From Eledone cirrhosa (lineage: Eukaryota), in contig OZ024743.1 in assembly GCA_964016885.1 (NCBI GenBank), positions 214,520,001 to 214,584,000 on the forward strand: a stretch of 64,000 nt of DNA, written 5' to 3'. The notes beneath the pieces are model-generated. The model was given only the letters and a program-made list of their open reading frames with translations, did no database searches and was not told the origin of the DNA. The position numbers and the translations under genes are program-made. Shown one piece after another: positions 48,617 through 63,500 of this stretch. Each line of letters opens with the position of its first letter. Position 1 is the first letter of the stretch.

Positions 48617-48654
48617 GCCCTTGAGAAGCCCAACTGGGCGAAACGTACGTAGGT
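48617..48654 (+). ncRNA. Minimal hammerhead motif, U3-A8 core
   Basis: GCCC TTGAGAA GCCC AACT GGGC GAAA CGTACG T A GGT. Perfect helix II, palindromic helix III ACGTACGT. Confidence 0.75.
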
Positions 48655-48869
48655 GATATTTTAAATAAACATGTTTTAACGGTCTATTCTCCGATGTTTT
48701 ACTTTCCCACGTGCTTACGCTCTGCTAACTCTCTAGCCCACTAAATATTAACACTTCGAATATTTAATACTGCCGGCACTAGTATCGAGCACCCTTGGCA
48801 TACGCTACTTGGCAAATAACTATATGTATCACCTATCCCCCCCTATTTTTCTCCTTCTCGATACGTAAA

Positions 48870-48939
<70 letters not shown>

Positions 48940-49181
48940 CTGATGGTAGCTAAGGTGCTTCCATAGGCGGTATTCGTGTTGAGCACTCTATGCTCTTATG
49001 GAGCAGAGTATGATAGAATAGAAAACGGAATGTCAGCGATGCATCTGAACTCAATTTATTGTGTGTTACAATTTTTTCGCCGGCGGACAGCTCGAGACGC
49101 GATCATTGTGTGGATCTGTCTGATACTGGACAAACAGGTTCGACGGACACGTCTAATGATTTCGGACTATATTTATATATA

Positions 49182-49277
49182 TATGTATTTTAATTAGAAA
49201 TACTTATAATTGAGAGTAATTATGTTTCATATAAATGTACATGTATAAATGTGCGCGTGTGTTTGTATATATATCGA

Positions 49278-49343
<66 letters not shown>

Positions 49344-49437
49344 TCGATATATACACACACACGCACACATTTATATATGTACATTTATATGAAACATAAT
49401 TTCTCTCAATTATAAGTATTTCTAATTAAAATACATT
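49182..49437. repeat. Palindrome with ~100-bp arms and a (TA)n centre
   Basis: ATGTATTTTAATTAGAAATACTT...ATATCGAGTGA (TA)n TCACTCGATAT...AAGTATTTCTAATTAAAATACAT. Confidence 0.88.
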
Positions 49438-49805
49438 AAATGACTACATCAAATATTAATATTAATATGATCAATAATGTGATATCCAAAACGTTACTTT
49501 TCAAGTCGTTCATAATTCAATTGAGCGATTAAAGCTTAAAATACGCTGTTTATTTTGCCTCAAGTATTTCGCACTTTTAGTTTTATTTTAATAGTTTTAG
49601 ATGTCAAATAGATGTACAAAGTAAATCTCTGGTAGGTATCTTTTTATGTTAGTGATTAAATTTCTATTTATCATACTGACTCAGCTTTTTGCACTAATCT
49701 TATATACCTACACAAGCACTGAAATACAAACAGATATAAAGTCTCATATGTCTGTATTTATTAATATATTTACGTATGCATGTATGTATGTATGTACGTA
49801 TGTAT

Positions 49806-51387
49806 ATTTCTATATCTCTTAATGTCGTGTACATTTTTGACCGGCCAGTTTGCTGGTGGCAAGATTGCTAAAGAAAAGAAATTGTCAACCCTTGAATAGC
49901 AAGAATATTTTGCAAATTTTGAAGGTGCCAGCTATCCCAGCTATTTGTAGTCTATGAATTAGGGAACTGCGTTCTTTGTCTACAAATTCTACTTCAGTTA
50001 TACTTTGGTCCAAGCGGGCTGGTATATAAACTGTAGTTCCAATAATGATGATTATGAGGCTGAAGGTTTATCTTGGATACTGGATCCGCAAACTTTTCAT
50101 CAATGGTCCGTAGATGTCCTCCTTCTCTTGTATGTTACATTTAACGTTGATATCACGTGGGTAGCTGATCTCTACAACAGGACATGTTTTCAATGTGTGA
50201 TCCCAAACAACACTATCAGGCCGGTTTTCTTTTTAATTTGGTGGCAGCTTTTATTTTCAGGTTCCACCAGTATTCTCTAGTGCCATCTACCAAGGTGCGT
50301 TCCAGATTGTTCTAGCTATCACATCGTGTCTCAGAGAGAAGTAGTAGCCAGATGACATTCTTCCGCAGTTGGTAACAATGTGGCTAACATATTCGATCTC
50401 TGTGTTACAAAGACTACATTTATTGTCGATTGATAGCCTGCCACTTTTGTGTAGCAGATATTTGGTAGCGATTTCTTGTTCCTGTATTGCATAGAGATAT
50501 CCTTCAAGATGGGATGTCATAAACTTGTCGGAACTCCATGCCCGGCTCTTTTGGTGATTTATCCCCACCATGGTCTTTGTTTTTCGTCTCAGATACCCAT
50601 GCACAACTTTCTCTGTACATTGGTCTATTTGTTAATCCTGTTCGAACATTGGATAGGATCTTCCAATTTCCCTGTGAGAGAGATCTATATCAGGCGTTAC
50701 TCCATATCACTCCTCCAGAACAATGGCTATACTAATGATATTATTTCCTTCACGCTCACAGACCTGGGCAAGACGTTTGCTGACTTTTTTCTTCTGCTGA
50801 AGATGTTGCTTCAGTGTTACTATTCGGGTCCCGTATGATGTTAATATGGATTTTAGACCTCATACACCTTCCTTGCGTAAGAAGTATAGCCTATCCACAT
50901 CACCATTGATGTTAAAGTTTGCAGTAACACTGAGAAGCTTACGAGTTCTTACATCCATTTTACTTAGTTCTTGCAATGACCAGTTCAGCAGGTCAAATGT
51001 TGGCGTTAGGATTGGCAGAGCATAAGTATAGTGGGTAATGTATTTGATGTACGCTGATAGTTTTGATGACCATATTTTCTTTACTCTCCGGAGGTATTCA
51101 GTTCTGGTTCTCTCCATATTTATGGGTCCATCACATCTGACATTCTCATCCTGTCCAATATATCTGTAGTTGTCATCTGACTATAGAGGTTCTATTGTCG
51201 AGCCGTTCATCTCTAGATTTTCAGAGGAGGGCACAGCCCTTCCACGTTTTACTGTCAAATATGCACATTCGGACTCACCACATTTTATTCTGATATCTGC
51301 AGAAAATTGTGTAATGAGGTGCAATTGTTTCTTAATATAGTTGATATCTGGCCAATACAACTTAAGATCATCAACAAACAAAAGATG
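49806..51387 (-). mobile_element. 5'-truncated, decayed R4/Dong-clade non-LTR retrotransposon (RT + CCHC + restriction-like endonuclease)
   Basis: HLLFVDDLKLY, RLYFLRKEG, MHGY, AIQEQEIAT, CSLC..E...HIVTNC, RHD, ENRPD...VEIS, K..Y, GTFKICKIFL*. Flanked on both sides by (TATG)n. Confidence 0.88.
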
Positions 51388-51520
51388 TATGTATGTATGT
51401 ATGTATGTATGTATGTATGTATGTATGTATGTATGTCAGATGTATGTATGTATGTATGTATGTATGTATGTATGTATGTATGTATGTATGTATGTATGTC
51501 AGATGTATGTATGTATGTAT

Positions 51521-52124
51521 GTCAGGTCACCAGTTGGTGCTACTGGTAACATGTATCCCAGTACAACCTGTCTCATGGTTGGGTCGTTGGCGACTAAACT
51601 GGCAACCCCACCAAGGTTTCTTGGTGAGGAGGGTGACTTTGGACATCCTGCAGGACTAAAAACAAAACCTGTCAAAGGGCAAAGGAGCTCTGAAGAGTCA
51701 ATGACCATCCAAAATCACCGGGAGAGATGACCCCTTAGCCTTTGTCAAGGCAGAATTCTAGGAGAAGGAAAACTCTGATATAACACCTGCAACCCTGATG
51801 GTATCCAATGATGTTGACTTGTTCTTCTTTTTGGTAAATATCATCTTGGTTAAGAGGTGGGACTGGCTTCGTGCAGTGCCTTTGCTAACTATAAAAGCTT
51901 CACAGCACAGGCATTGCTTTATATCTGGAGATCTCTCTGCACTTGTTGTCACATGGTACCATGGGCCCAGCACTATGTGTCAATAATTGTCACAGGTGTA
52001 GTGTTTGTACCAGAGTTTTTAAGTCGCTGGACTAAAAAGTCACACTCGTTCAGCGCACCGGTAGGGGTTCTCCTACATGGATATAAAGTCGTGGCCGTAA
52101 TCGAAAACGAGTTGGTAGCCACCA
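51521..52124 (+). mobile_element. ~600 bp non-autonomous retroelement inside a (TATG)n array
   Basis: Copy of 10261-10868 with identical end points GTCAGGTCA...AGCCACCA. Confidence 0.8.
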
Positions 52125-52944
52125 TGTATGTATGTATGTATGTATGTATGTATGTATGTATGTATGTATGTATGTATGTATGTATGTATGTATGTATGTA
52201 TATATATATATGTGTGTGTGTGTATGTATGTGTTTATGTATGTATATATGTATGTATGTATTTATGTGTGTATTTATGTATGTATGCATGTACGTATATA
52301 CATATGCGTATGATCGAACGCATCATGAAATTAAGTAAGGAATGAAGCAAGTAGAGTAGAATATATAAATTAAATTTGAGTCTGCGTGTATGACTTTTTA
52401 TTTTTAGCTGGCTATATATGTCTAATACTTGAACAAATATTTTCTTATGTTCACACTAATTTCTTCTGCGCACACTTACTCACACATGCACACATACACA
52501 TAATTATATGTACGATATACATGTATTCGTTCGCTTTTCAGCTCTTCACCACCGTGATTAATCTAGGAAGATGGTCATAATTGGACCTTGAAAGCTTAGG
52601 TACCGCTTCTTGCTCCGTGTATAAATCATATAATGTAATAATATTGATCGACCCTAAAACATTATCTTTCTGCCTAAATTCCATACGTCAGTAAACAATA
52701 TGTCTGTCTTATAAATACCTTAAACGTCTTAATCTCATTGCATTCTTATTCGGATTTTGTTTCTATTTTTACTTTTTATTCATCATTTTGTTTTGTTTCA
52801 CTGTTATTGCACATTTGTGATAACTTGTTATGTAAAATAGCCTAACAAGTTGGGTATATAAAATTCTAGAAATCTTAAATGTGGGATTCGAAATAAAACA
52901 TGACGAATAACGGACGCTTGCACGAGTCAAAATAACTAAAGAGG

Positions 52945-53278
52945 AAAAGACCACCTTCGGTCAGGAATTTCCAAGGGATTTACACGAAGAAAGTTCCCCA
53001 CCGATGCACAAGTCCGGGTAATATTGTTTGTGGAAGACCAGCAGTTACCCATACATAACAATCTACCCTCTCGACGCCTACAATATTGTCCGAGGGAAAG
53101 GTAAATGCCGATGCAATTCCAATGACGTCGCATTCATTTCCAGGACTGACTGAATTGGAGCAACAGGAAATAAAATATCTTGCTCAAGATCACAACACAC
53201 ATTCCGGTCCAGGAATCGAAACCACAACCTTATGATTGTAAGCCCAACGCTCTAACCGCTAAGCCATGCATCTTCACA
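52945..53278 (-). mobile_element. tRNA-derived SINE, approximately full length
   Basis: Minus strand: TGTGAAGATGCATGGCTTAGCGGTTAGAGCG...GGTTTCGATTCC...CTTGAGCAAGATA, then ~200 bp body. Confidence 0.75.
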
Positions 53279-56200
53279 AAATAACTATCTTGAAATTCGC
53301 TAAATTTAAGCTAACAACTGTTCAACATACATAATTCTTTCACTACTTCGTAAAAAAATATGATTGATAATTTATATACTCTGGTCGACATACAATATTT
53401 GAGAGTGGGAGGAGAGTTGTCCGCCTCGTTTTGGTGTTATGATAGCTCAGCCCTCCACAATACGACAGAAGGGACGTCTAGTCCCGCAAGAGTAGCTATT
53501 CGCTTCTTCCATCTTGAAGGGCATATATCACAAATTGCTAAGCTAGATTTCATATTTCTTTCAACGAAACTTAAAAAGAACTATTACTGTTTGTTCATAT
53601 CAGCTGCCCAACAGATAAATCTTAAACATGTTGGGAGCTCCGTCAGCCTACGTGGCATACGGTTAGCGCAGCCGTCTGGTACACAGCATCTATAAGTTCT
53701 AATTTAACCGTGACACTATCCTTTTCTTCTCGCCACTAAGGACGTGTATCCTCAAATTGATATTTTTCGCAGTCAAGATAAGCTGTATGAAAGCAGTTTA
53801 CTATATGCTAATATGCATACAAAATGTATAATATTTTCCTCACTTCGTAAAAGAAATGTGATGGATAGTTTACATTCACTGGCTTGTAGATACAGCTTAA
53901 TATGGTCTGAGAGTTATCAGCATCACTTTTAGATGTTCTGCATATGGCAGGTATGAGATTGATTTCTAAAGGCGATGCTGTTCAATTCAAGGGCCTTCGA
54001 GCACGATTTTCAGGTTTAATTCTCCAATCAATCTAAATATTTCCGCCAGTCCCCCATATCATTACTATAACAAAAATAATATTGCACCATAATTCAGCAC
54101 ATAAAACCTCGATGCAAATTGAATACTCATGACAATTGACCAAACAAATGATCAACATTCTTCTGGATATTACGTAATGTATATATACGTACATACAAAG
54201 ACACATACACTCACAGATTATATACATTGATATACTGATTTCGGAATACACGATGGAAACAATATGCCTGAATAATAAATGCTAAAGTGAGGAATTATTT
54301 TTATTTATCGTGTCGACTGAAATATTTCAGTTTTATATGGAGTATTAATATTAATTTATTCCGTATGTATAGCCAAATTGGCATCAGTATTTTAATATGA
54401 AGTGTATATCTTGGCATTTATCACATTAAAAATAATTGAATTTATATATAGATATATTATTATTTTATTGATGTTTGTTTTGTGCTATCTGTTTATACGT
54501 AACTACATGTGCAATAACTATATGATCAGGTTTTTTAGGCGCCATTGTTGACTGATTATCTAAATGCGTTGCGAGTAACATTTAAATCATATTATGATAA
54601 TGATTTCTATTTCCTCTATAAATATTGTTTGCTTCTTAGATGTGTTAAATTAATAATTGTAAGAAAAATTAAATAATCAATGTTATTTCCCTCAATGTGT
54701 GCAGCGAATAAAGAGCTTAATTTCGGATGGAGTCATACATCGCAGAAGTTATTGAAAATGTAAATGAACTTTATTTAAAATGAAATTAGATTCAGTTTCT
54801 TTGTAATATATTTACATATTTTAGTGTTCTGGAATATTATGAAAAGACTGTGACAGCCTGATGTTTTTGATAACAGAATTCAAAATATATTTCTTAAATA
54901 TACATATACACGTAAATGGATTCACACACAAATTCAATACCAACGATGATATATACATATATAATTAGTTTTCACTCAAGAATAGCGGATACGTAGATGC
55001 CTTCGTGAGTGTATAATGATGATATAATAATAATATTATTAATAATCTATTCGTTAGTAAGGGAAGAGCCTCATGTGTGTTAGACGACTAACGTCATCCA
55101 TTATTTCCAGCTGTAGCTGAGAGGAAAGAACGTACAATTTTTTAGGTGTTATTGTCCATTATCAAGATTGCGTATTCCTCCTTTTTCAACTATACATTGG
55201 AATTCTTGAGATTATATAATATATAGGTTGAGACGGTAGTCCATAACCGATTCGTTATATGATGCTACTTCCAAACAGAAATAGAGATATCTGGAATCCA
55301 TATCGAATATACTAAGAATTAATAATATTCACAATACACAGAACAAACCACTAATATTTAATACAACCATATAAATATACATTAAATACAATACAGAAAA
55401 CGCAACTACAGTAAAACTTGTACCTACCTATCCGCAATGACCTTTGATCAGTATATATGTTCAAGCACCCAAGTAAAATAAGATGACTGAATAATAATAA
55501 AAGTAATGATAATAATTGTTTATACTTTTTGGCACCTGGCCAGTAATTTGTAGGATAGGGGAATGTCGATTAAATCAGCACCAGTACTTGAGAGAACATT
55601 ATTTTATCGATCACAAAATGATAAAACGCATAATGTGAAATCACAATGTAAATAGCCAGAGAAAATCATGCAACGGTATATTACATAACACTCTACCAAA
55701 TAACTGTTTCTACTTTAGGCACAAGGCCAGCAATTACCCAGTGCATTATCTACCAATAGCGTCGTTTTAATCTGAGATGAGAGCATATGTTCATAATCTT
55801 CCATATTGGAATAATTGAGTTTAATGTAAGTTTCGAAATTCTTGTTACACAATGTGTTGTTTCCATTTTAATTATCAACATTTTAAAGAATTCAATAGAA
55901 TCTTGATCAGAACTCACATAATCTAAATTTGTAAATGTTCTTTCCAAATAACAACTCTTTCACGCATGTAGGTTTTACCTGCTAAAGTAAATAATTGCCT
56001 TCTAAATCTATGACCATTCACATTCAGTGTATTCCGATTAAAAGTTCATGTATACTTTACTGTGATTAGAAACTTTTAATGATACGTCTCACAGTGAGAC
56101 TAAAGATTTCTTATTGATACATCAGACAACACATCCCAGATGTGTATATTCGATAAATATATTGATTCCAATTATATACAACATCATCTATGTTATTAGC

Positions 56201-56689
56201 CATTAACAGCGCTAGCTGTAGACATAACAGACAAACAGCGTTACTGGTTGAACAAGAACAACTTTTATAAAGGTTGCTAAAATACAATAATTACATGCTT
56301 AAGATGGTTTTAGCGAACACTCTCTTCCTTTTGCCTGATGTACACGACCTTATATACATTTCAGATTAGCGTTAAAATATTGATTTATTTTCATTATTCT
56401 CAAACAGCGATATGGGGGTGTCACACCAGTTGGTTAGAGATTAGTAATGTAGTCTTGGCTGCTAGTGCTAAGGGATTCACAAATTCATCTTGCTGAGGAG
56501 AACGAGCGAAGTGAAATTAACTGAAATAACTGAGATATCAGTTTTAGAGAATGAAGTGTAAATTCTCTACAATTCTATCTCTAACGAGGGGCTGTTGCTA
56601 TGGCTCTTTCGATATTTCAATATTCTATACGACGAGATCTTATGTCTTAAATCAATATAATGTTATTCTATAATCTGCATCACATCAAT

Positions 56690-56881
56690 TACGAGGGTCG
56701 AATGAACAGTTCATAGGCTGACTATAGAGGAATGAGGTATGAGCTGTGAAAACTTGTATGCATTCTTCTTAGTAATGTATGCAATGTTTCTTTCCAGGAA
56801 TTATGTTGAAAGATAAACCTCATTTCGTCATTCCATTAGAGTATCTTGGACAGCCTATGGACTTATCTCCCGGTCCCCGTA
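56690..56881. mobile_element. Mariner-derived MITE
   Basis: TA-CGAGGG...AGTTCATAGGCTGAC at left versus GACAGCCTATGGACT...CCCCG-TA at right; TA target duplication. Confidence 0.65.
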
Positions 56882-59800
56882 TTTCGTTTATAGCAGATAT
56901 TATGTAATCATTGTACTAAGGCTATCCTGTTGATGTAGAAATTAAATACATTATCAGATGAAATGACTTAATATTTCCCACACTGTATATTAAGCAAAGA
57001 TTCTGCATTAGAAACATCGTTAAAATAAAGAATATTGTTGCCCCATAGACCCGGTATTACTAACAAAGTTCGGCATACTCAATGTTATGTAATGAGTAAG
57101 CTCTATAACCTATTCTAGTCTGTAGCGGCAACTAAAACATGATGGGTAACATCGAAGGTTATGTTATTATTCATTCTAAATACATTATATAACTAACTGC
57201 TTGAGGCGAATGATGCAAGCTCCAGGTTCCACTGAAAATGAAGGAGTGATGCTAGGGCTGTACTCTGTTGCACGCATTAATTTTAACTATTCTTATTAAT
57301 GACTGCGTTGTTTCTTTCATCGGACTATGATGAAAAATACACCTCATTTCGTAGTACCACTAGTGTATCTCCGTTCGCCTATGAATTTTTCAGAATCTGA
57401 AGTTTTCTGCGGACCTTCATATAGTTATCTTTGAATCAGTCAATAAAATCGATAAACGGGATACTGGGCTCATCATTCCAATGTTGTTGCTGTTTTGTAT
57501 CAGTTGCTCTTCTAATAACTTACCCAATGAAAAGTATGTCTCGATCATAACCACAACAACACTTCCACGTGTATTTGCCTTCTGACAATATTTCAAGCAA
57601 AATAGATATTTTCTTTTTTTCATTTCATTTTTAACCTTACTAATTACTATATCTCAAATCATGTTACTACGAAATATTGTACTAATAAGAATACCATCTA
57701 GCAGAAGCATGAATCAGCTTCAAGGATTGAAATCTGCATATTCACACATTATGTTTGCTTTTAATTTTGCATGATTTAATGGTCTTTGTTATATATTACT
57801 TTAATTCAGCTGGTAGTGTTAAGGAGTGGATATACTTTCTTTCTGTTTAGCAAAATCAGTCACTTTACTAATATCTGTTTGATGCAACACTGCATTACAG
57901 AAAAACAACTGTTTTCATCACGGACAATTCCTCACCTTTTTTCTGTATTCTTACCTTCCGCCTGGCTTTTGGTATTTTGTACATCTTACTAAATTTATTA
58001 CTTCCGTTTTCTCGTCTTTGACATGAACAGGAAAATAATTAAATAAACGGAAAAGAAATAAAAGACGAAATCGAACGGACCAAGTAGGATTACAAGAAAA
58101 GGGAAATGTGTTTAATAAAAAAGTTGTTCAGTATTTCGGAAGACTGTAATTAGTGTTGCTATACTATTTTTAATTTAAGGAAATATTTCACATATATTAT
58201 GTTTAACATTACCATATTGTGGGCTTGATTTTTATTATGGTGAATGTGAAGCTTATATTGGAAGGATTTTACAGGCTATACTGGAAATCCTCAAAATACT
58301 ATACTAGAAATGACTCTTTCACCTGAGAGTGTGAAACGTGTCTCAATCGTTACTTTTCAAGGATGTACCTTGTTTATTTACATATCTATATCAAAATTAT
58401 GAAGCCACGAAATCGTAGCTCATGAAATTACATACCTCTTAACTGATCTTAAATTTACTCACTAAATTGATGATTAAATTAACTATTGTTTTCTAAAACA
58501 GAGTATGAATTTGCTTACAAAAATCTACAACAGATAGCCGGGTTCAATTGTTATGAAGGTTGGATTGAGGAAATTATAAGCACGCTTCATATAAAATGAG
58601 TATTAATAACATATAATTTCGTGTGGAGTCAATCAGTTTGTTAGCTGCTGTTAGAAAACAGCAACTAACAAACTGCTGTTAGAAAACAGGATATACTGAA
58701 GCAGTAAATCGTGGACAATTTACTTTGGATAAGCACTTTGAACTCTTTGATAAATCTGATCAATTCTCAGGTCGCCACTTCATGTACGTGAGAGCAGAAT
58801 TCTCGTGGTCTGAGTTGATTCCCTGCACGTAACCTATATCAGTGGCGTTTCAGAGTCTGGATGAGCCCTGCATCTCCATTGATCTTAGAGTAGGAACCGA
58901 TGGATGTTGGGGATTGCAATATATGGGGGTTTACCACATGATTCCATAGGTTTTCATAGTTTTTTCTTGCCAAGGATATGCAAATCGTTTCATTCACCTT
59001 ACCGTGCTAACCCAATTTATTAAGAGGGCTCTGGCTCTCGTACATATGCTCCCAATTCTAGCGCCACCTGGATTGTCCAGAATTGAGTGGAATATACCAT
59101 ATTTTCTTATTCTTTGACCCTGGCTTAAGTCTCATTTTAGACGCCACAATCAGTAATTTTGGCGCGACTTGCTGCATTCTTTATGCTGCGATAAATTTGA
59201 GAGTTACTTGTTCTGAAGCCGATTTGAATAAAATTCTAAAATACCTGAAATAATCGGCAAAGTATTTTTCCTGACTGTGGTGTTCGGTGCTTTGATAGAC
59301 CTGGGCCACTAATAAAGAAATTCTTGTCATTGTTTGAAGTCCGCCTTTACCGTGATATCCTGTGATGACCGTCAATTTACTTGTTTATTCAAGTAGTTAA
59401 AGCTTCGAGTGTGATGCTTGGTGTAAAAGTTATGAGCCACTATTGATGTGTAATCGACTATAATCCTCCAAACATTTTATTTATTTTTTCACTTTTTCCT
59501 TCTTTAATTAAAATTAATTAAAATTAATGAAAATAAATCATTTCTGAAAAAGGTATAATCACTTAAACGGGGTTTCATGCCTATATCTTTTCGTTAACTT
59601 CAGAGTTGAATATAACGTGAAATAAATCCAACAAAGATCAAAATGTGTATCATGAACATGGTTTGTCGGGAGTTTATATGTCACAGTGTGTGTACCGGTA
59701 AAGGGTCATATCCAAAGACTTGCATTCCGTGTAAATGCACAAAATTGGTTGGGAATGTTAGAATACCTTGCGAAGAAAACTTATTTAGTTTGGTCTTCAT

Positions 59801-60080
59801 TAATTTAGAAGGCTTTGTGGTAGGCAAACGAGATCGATGAGTGGTGAGTGGTTGCTGCATCAGGTTTCGAACTAAAAATGGATTATATGCTGGGTCAATA
59901 ATATAGGTCAGGCTGACGGATTTCAACCGAATTTACAGGGAATTCAAAGGGATTGCTTTGCATGTTAGTGTGGTTTGAGATGTCTGTACTTAATTTGTTT
60001 GTTTGTACACCCCTTCATATATATATCTACACACAGACGCGCACTCACACACACACACACACATAGCACATACACACATG

Positions 60081-60170
<90 letters not shown>

Positions 60171-60516
60171 TATTTGTGTGTGTGTATGTATCTATGTAGT
60201 CTTAATTAAGTCATCTTTCTAGGAGAAAGTCACTCCGACATAAAACCTGCGACTACGTCTGCATCTAATGGTGTAGACAATTTCCACCTTTAGGGCAAAT
60301 GCATTCGATGATCACAGAGTGGCATTGGCCCTGTGCAAAGCCTTTTCTCACTTGAAGAAGCTTCAAGCACAAGCGTCGCTTGAATGTGATATTATTTGAC
60401 CTTGATGCTATTACTGGTATTGCAAGTCCATAGCAGAATTAAAAAGTCCGGTGCCTGCTGCTCATGCTTAAGTATCAAGCGAAGGCATTACTCGTATGTG
60501 TGTGTGTGTGTGTGTA

Positions 60517-60562
<46 letters not shown>

Positions 60563-63500
60563 CGTGTGTGTGTATATGTGTGTGTGTGTATGTGTGTGTG
60601 TGCATATATTATTAATCCCACATAAACAATCCGATTCTCTTTTCAGACGGAGCGGTTATATATTTCGGTAATTTACACTGCAGATAATACACTACAAATA
60701 CATAGCTGGCGGATAACTAAATTAAAAAAAATGTAATCTGCACATATGCTATTAAATATATATTTCCGCGCATGATGTATTATATAACATAACGCGGAGT
60801 TCCAGCAAACGGAATGAAACAATGGAAAATAAAATTGCACAATAGAAAAAGCCTGAAAACAACAAAGCAAACTAATTGTATAATATCTGTAAGATTCTAG
60901 AATAATATGCATTAGTAAAAAGAAACTTTTGAAGAAATAATGGAAAAGAAATGAAACAATATGCCGAGAAACAATAATAAAAGTCCAACAACTTAATAGA
61001 TTTGACACAAATTATTATATTTGTCTTCGCGCAAGTAAATGAACATATACGTACAGTTGAAGGATAAATAATGATAAATAGGAAATTAAGAGAAACAGCC
61101 GTGTAGGGTGCTTATACAATCCCAACGAACACAGGGAAAGAAGCTTAAGTATGTGTAACCGTATATATAGGAACATACTGAGAATCACACACACAATACA
61201 CACACATCATGTCTCCAAAATAAAGTATTTATTTGAATTAAATACGCTGATATATTATTAATACATATATTGCATACAGAGAGACACACTCAAATACACA
61301 AAGCCGCGTATATAAGTAGATGCCATAAAAGTGAGCAGATGGATGCTTGTTTAGCAGTAAACATTTTGTAATCATGATTTAAGGGTAATATTGGCGTTGC
61401 AATATAATATGTGACAGGATGATGGGTTTTATGCCAAATACATAAGGAGGATCGTTGTATGGCTCATTAATAATTAGATCATACGAAGACAAATTTAATG
61501 GAAAGTATAATTTATTTCTAATAGGATGATAAACGATATGTATTTTTAAACTCAAGGTTATATTCGTAAGAAAAGCTGCTGTAATCACGATTCATAGACC
61601 GAGAGGAAAACAATCAGATAATAAATGTTATTTTGTCCATTTTACCATGCAAAGACAAATGCAATCGACATTTACCAAATGAAGAAATATTTACATTTTC
61701 TCAATAATATTGTTTTTATGTTTTTATATAATGTGACTATTATATTGCTTTTAGAACTGTTTAGAACTGATGACTCATATATATGAATTAAAGCACACTA
61801 TAGTTTAGTCAGAGTATATCTAAGATTTAATGTTTCCAAGTATTTTCATTCATGAGTCTGGAACATTTATTATTACTAATACATCCATTCACCAGGTTGA
61901 GGTATTTTCTGTTGTTTAATTAACTGATTGATGTTGTTTGAATTAACCCCACTTCAGCCTTGACTGGGCAGTGTCGTAATGAAAGATATTCTACGCTTGA
62001 AAATGTTTATAGAGGGATAAACGTCCTGTACAAAATAATGAAAATACCAAAAAAAGAGTTCAAATAAATTTGATTTATTTTATTAAGAAAGTATATTCCC
62101 TATTATGAGGAATAGAACATCGTATGAATACTAGGGTTATATATATATACATATACACTCACATAGAGTGAATGTTACAGGTACTGAGTTAATAAAAATA
62201 TTAAGGGTAAGTGTATGCATCTGTTTCAGACTTTTGATATGGGTATAAGAAGGAATGTACGATGCGTACACAGAATGAACATGCGTCAAATTATATGCTC
62301 GATATATAAGGAGATAACGTGCTAGAGATATCTTACAATGAGTCTGCGGACAAATGAGCCTCGATGGTACAAAGTTGTTGTTTTTTGTGGGATGTCTGGT
62401 GTCAGGAGTGTGATGATGATCAACAGGACACAACGTCGTTAGTAGCAACACGCTAGTTCAGTCTTGCAATTGATGTAGTCACAGTTTCCTGTAGTAAATG
62501 CACATTCTAGTGGAAGCAAAGTAGGGAGTTGTAGTCGCCGATGTTGTATGGGGCTCCGCTGTCCAGAATGGTCAAATCACCCCTGAGGACGTCATTGCAT
62601 TGGTCGCAAAGCCTCTATATAGAACGACAAAAATCGGTAGAGTTCACCATGTATCTTCATGATTATGGCTAGGCCTTAATGGCCCGTTAGTCCAGCAGCT
62701 TATTTATATTTCACATCGCATTTAAGGCAGATGACAGGGCTTTGGGCGGAGCAGGATGGGAGGTTTGGTCGAATCCTGGTATTAGATGTTAGATAAAAAG
62801 AAAGGTGGATCACATGAGATCTTTCAAAGTGGGATTTCAACATCTAAGCAACTGCCTCTCTAATGTTCCCCGACTTCAATGTTGCTATTAATGGAGAACC
62901 GAATGGAATCATTCAAATAGTAGGACACATCTTAGTATCTTATATACCTGCGGCTCTCACGCTAAACATGATATACTTTAACTAATCCAGTCAAAGCGCA
63001 TGGCAGTGATGTTATTTTACTTCTACTGGGAATTTATTAATTGCTCTGAACTTTGCTTTTACCTTCATACGCTTTTCCCCTCCTCTTCATGACACTAACT
63101 TTCATTAATTCATGTATTCTCAAGCCATTGCTCTACAAACCTCTTACAATTAAAACCACTCATAGTGGACATTGATGATCTAGCTACGAATCCATGACAT
63201 TCCATGTCTCGTGGTAGTAACGTGAATCTCCGATATATTGCGTAACACAACTTCCTTTGCCCATGAATATTGAGGCATTTTTGTTTCAAGAGTTTCTTTG
63301 ATATTGTCGTTAACAGTCATAGACAACTCCACAAAAGGAATTACATTAACGTATATACGTAATATTTGCGTGTGCCTACAAAGCTGACAGAACATTATTA
63401 AACAAAATCTAGCCAGCAAAAGAAATTCGGCAATGTCACCATATTAGATTACAGTATAAATAGCAACATTGTTGGCTCCATATCCGCATTGCAAATGTTT

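Noticed and set aside
60215-60495. Possible host exon (TTTCTAG acceptor-like start); also acceptor-like site at ~34159
   Set aside because: No sustained ORF or recognisable protein motif; unsupported without RNA data.
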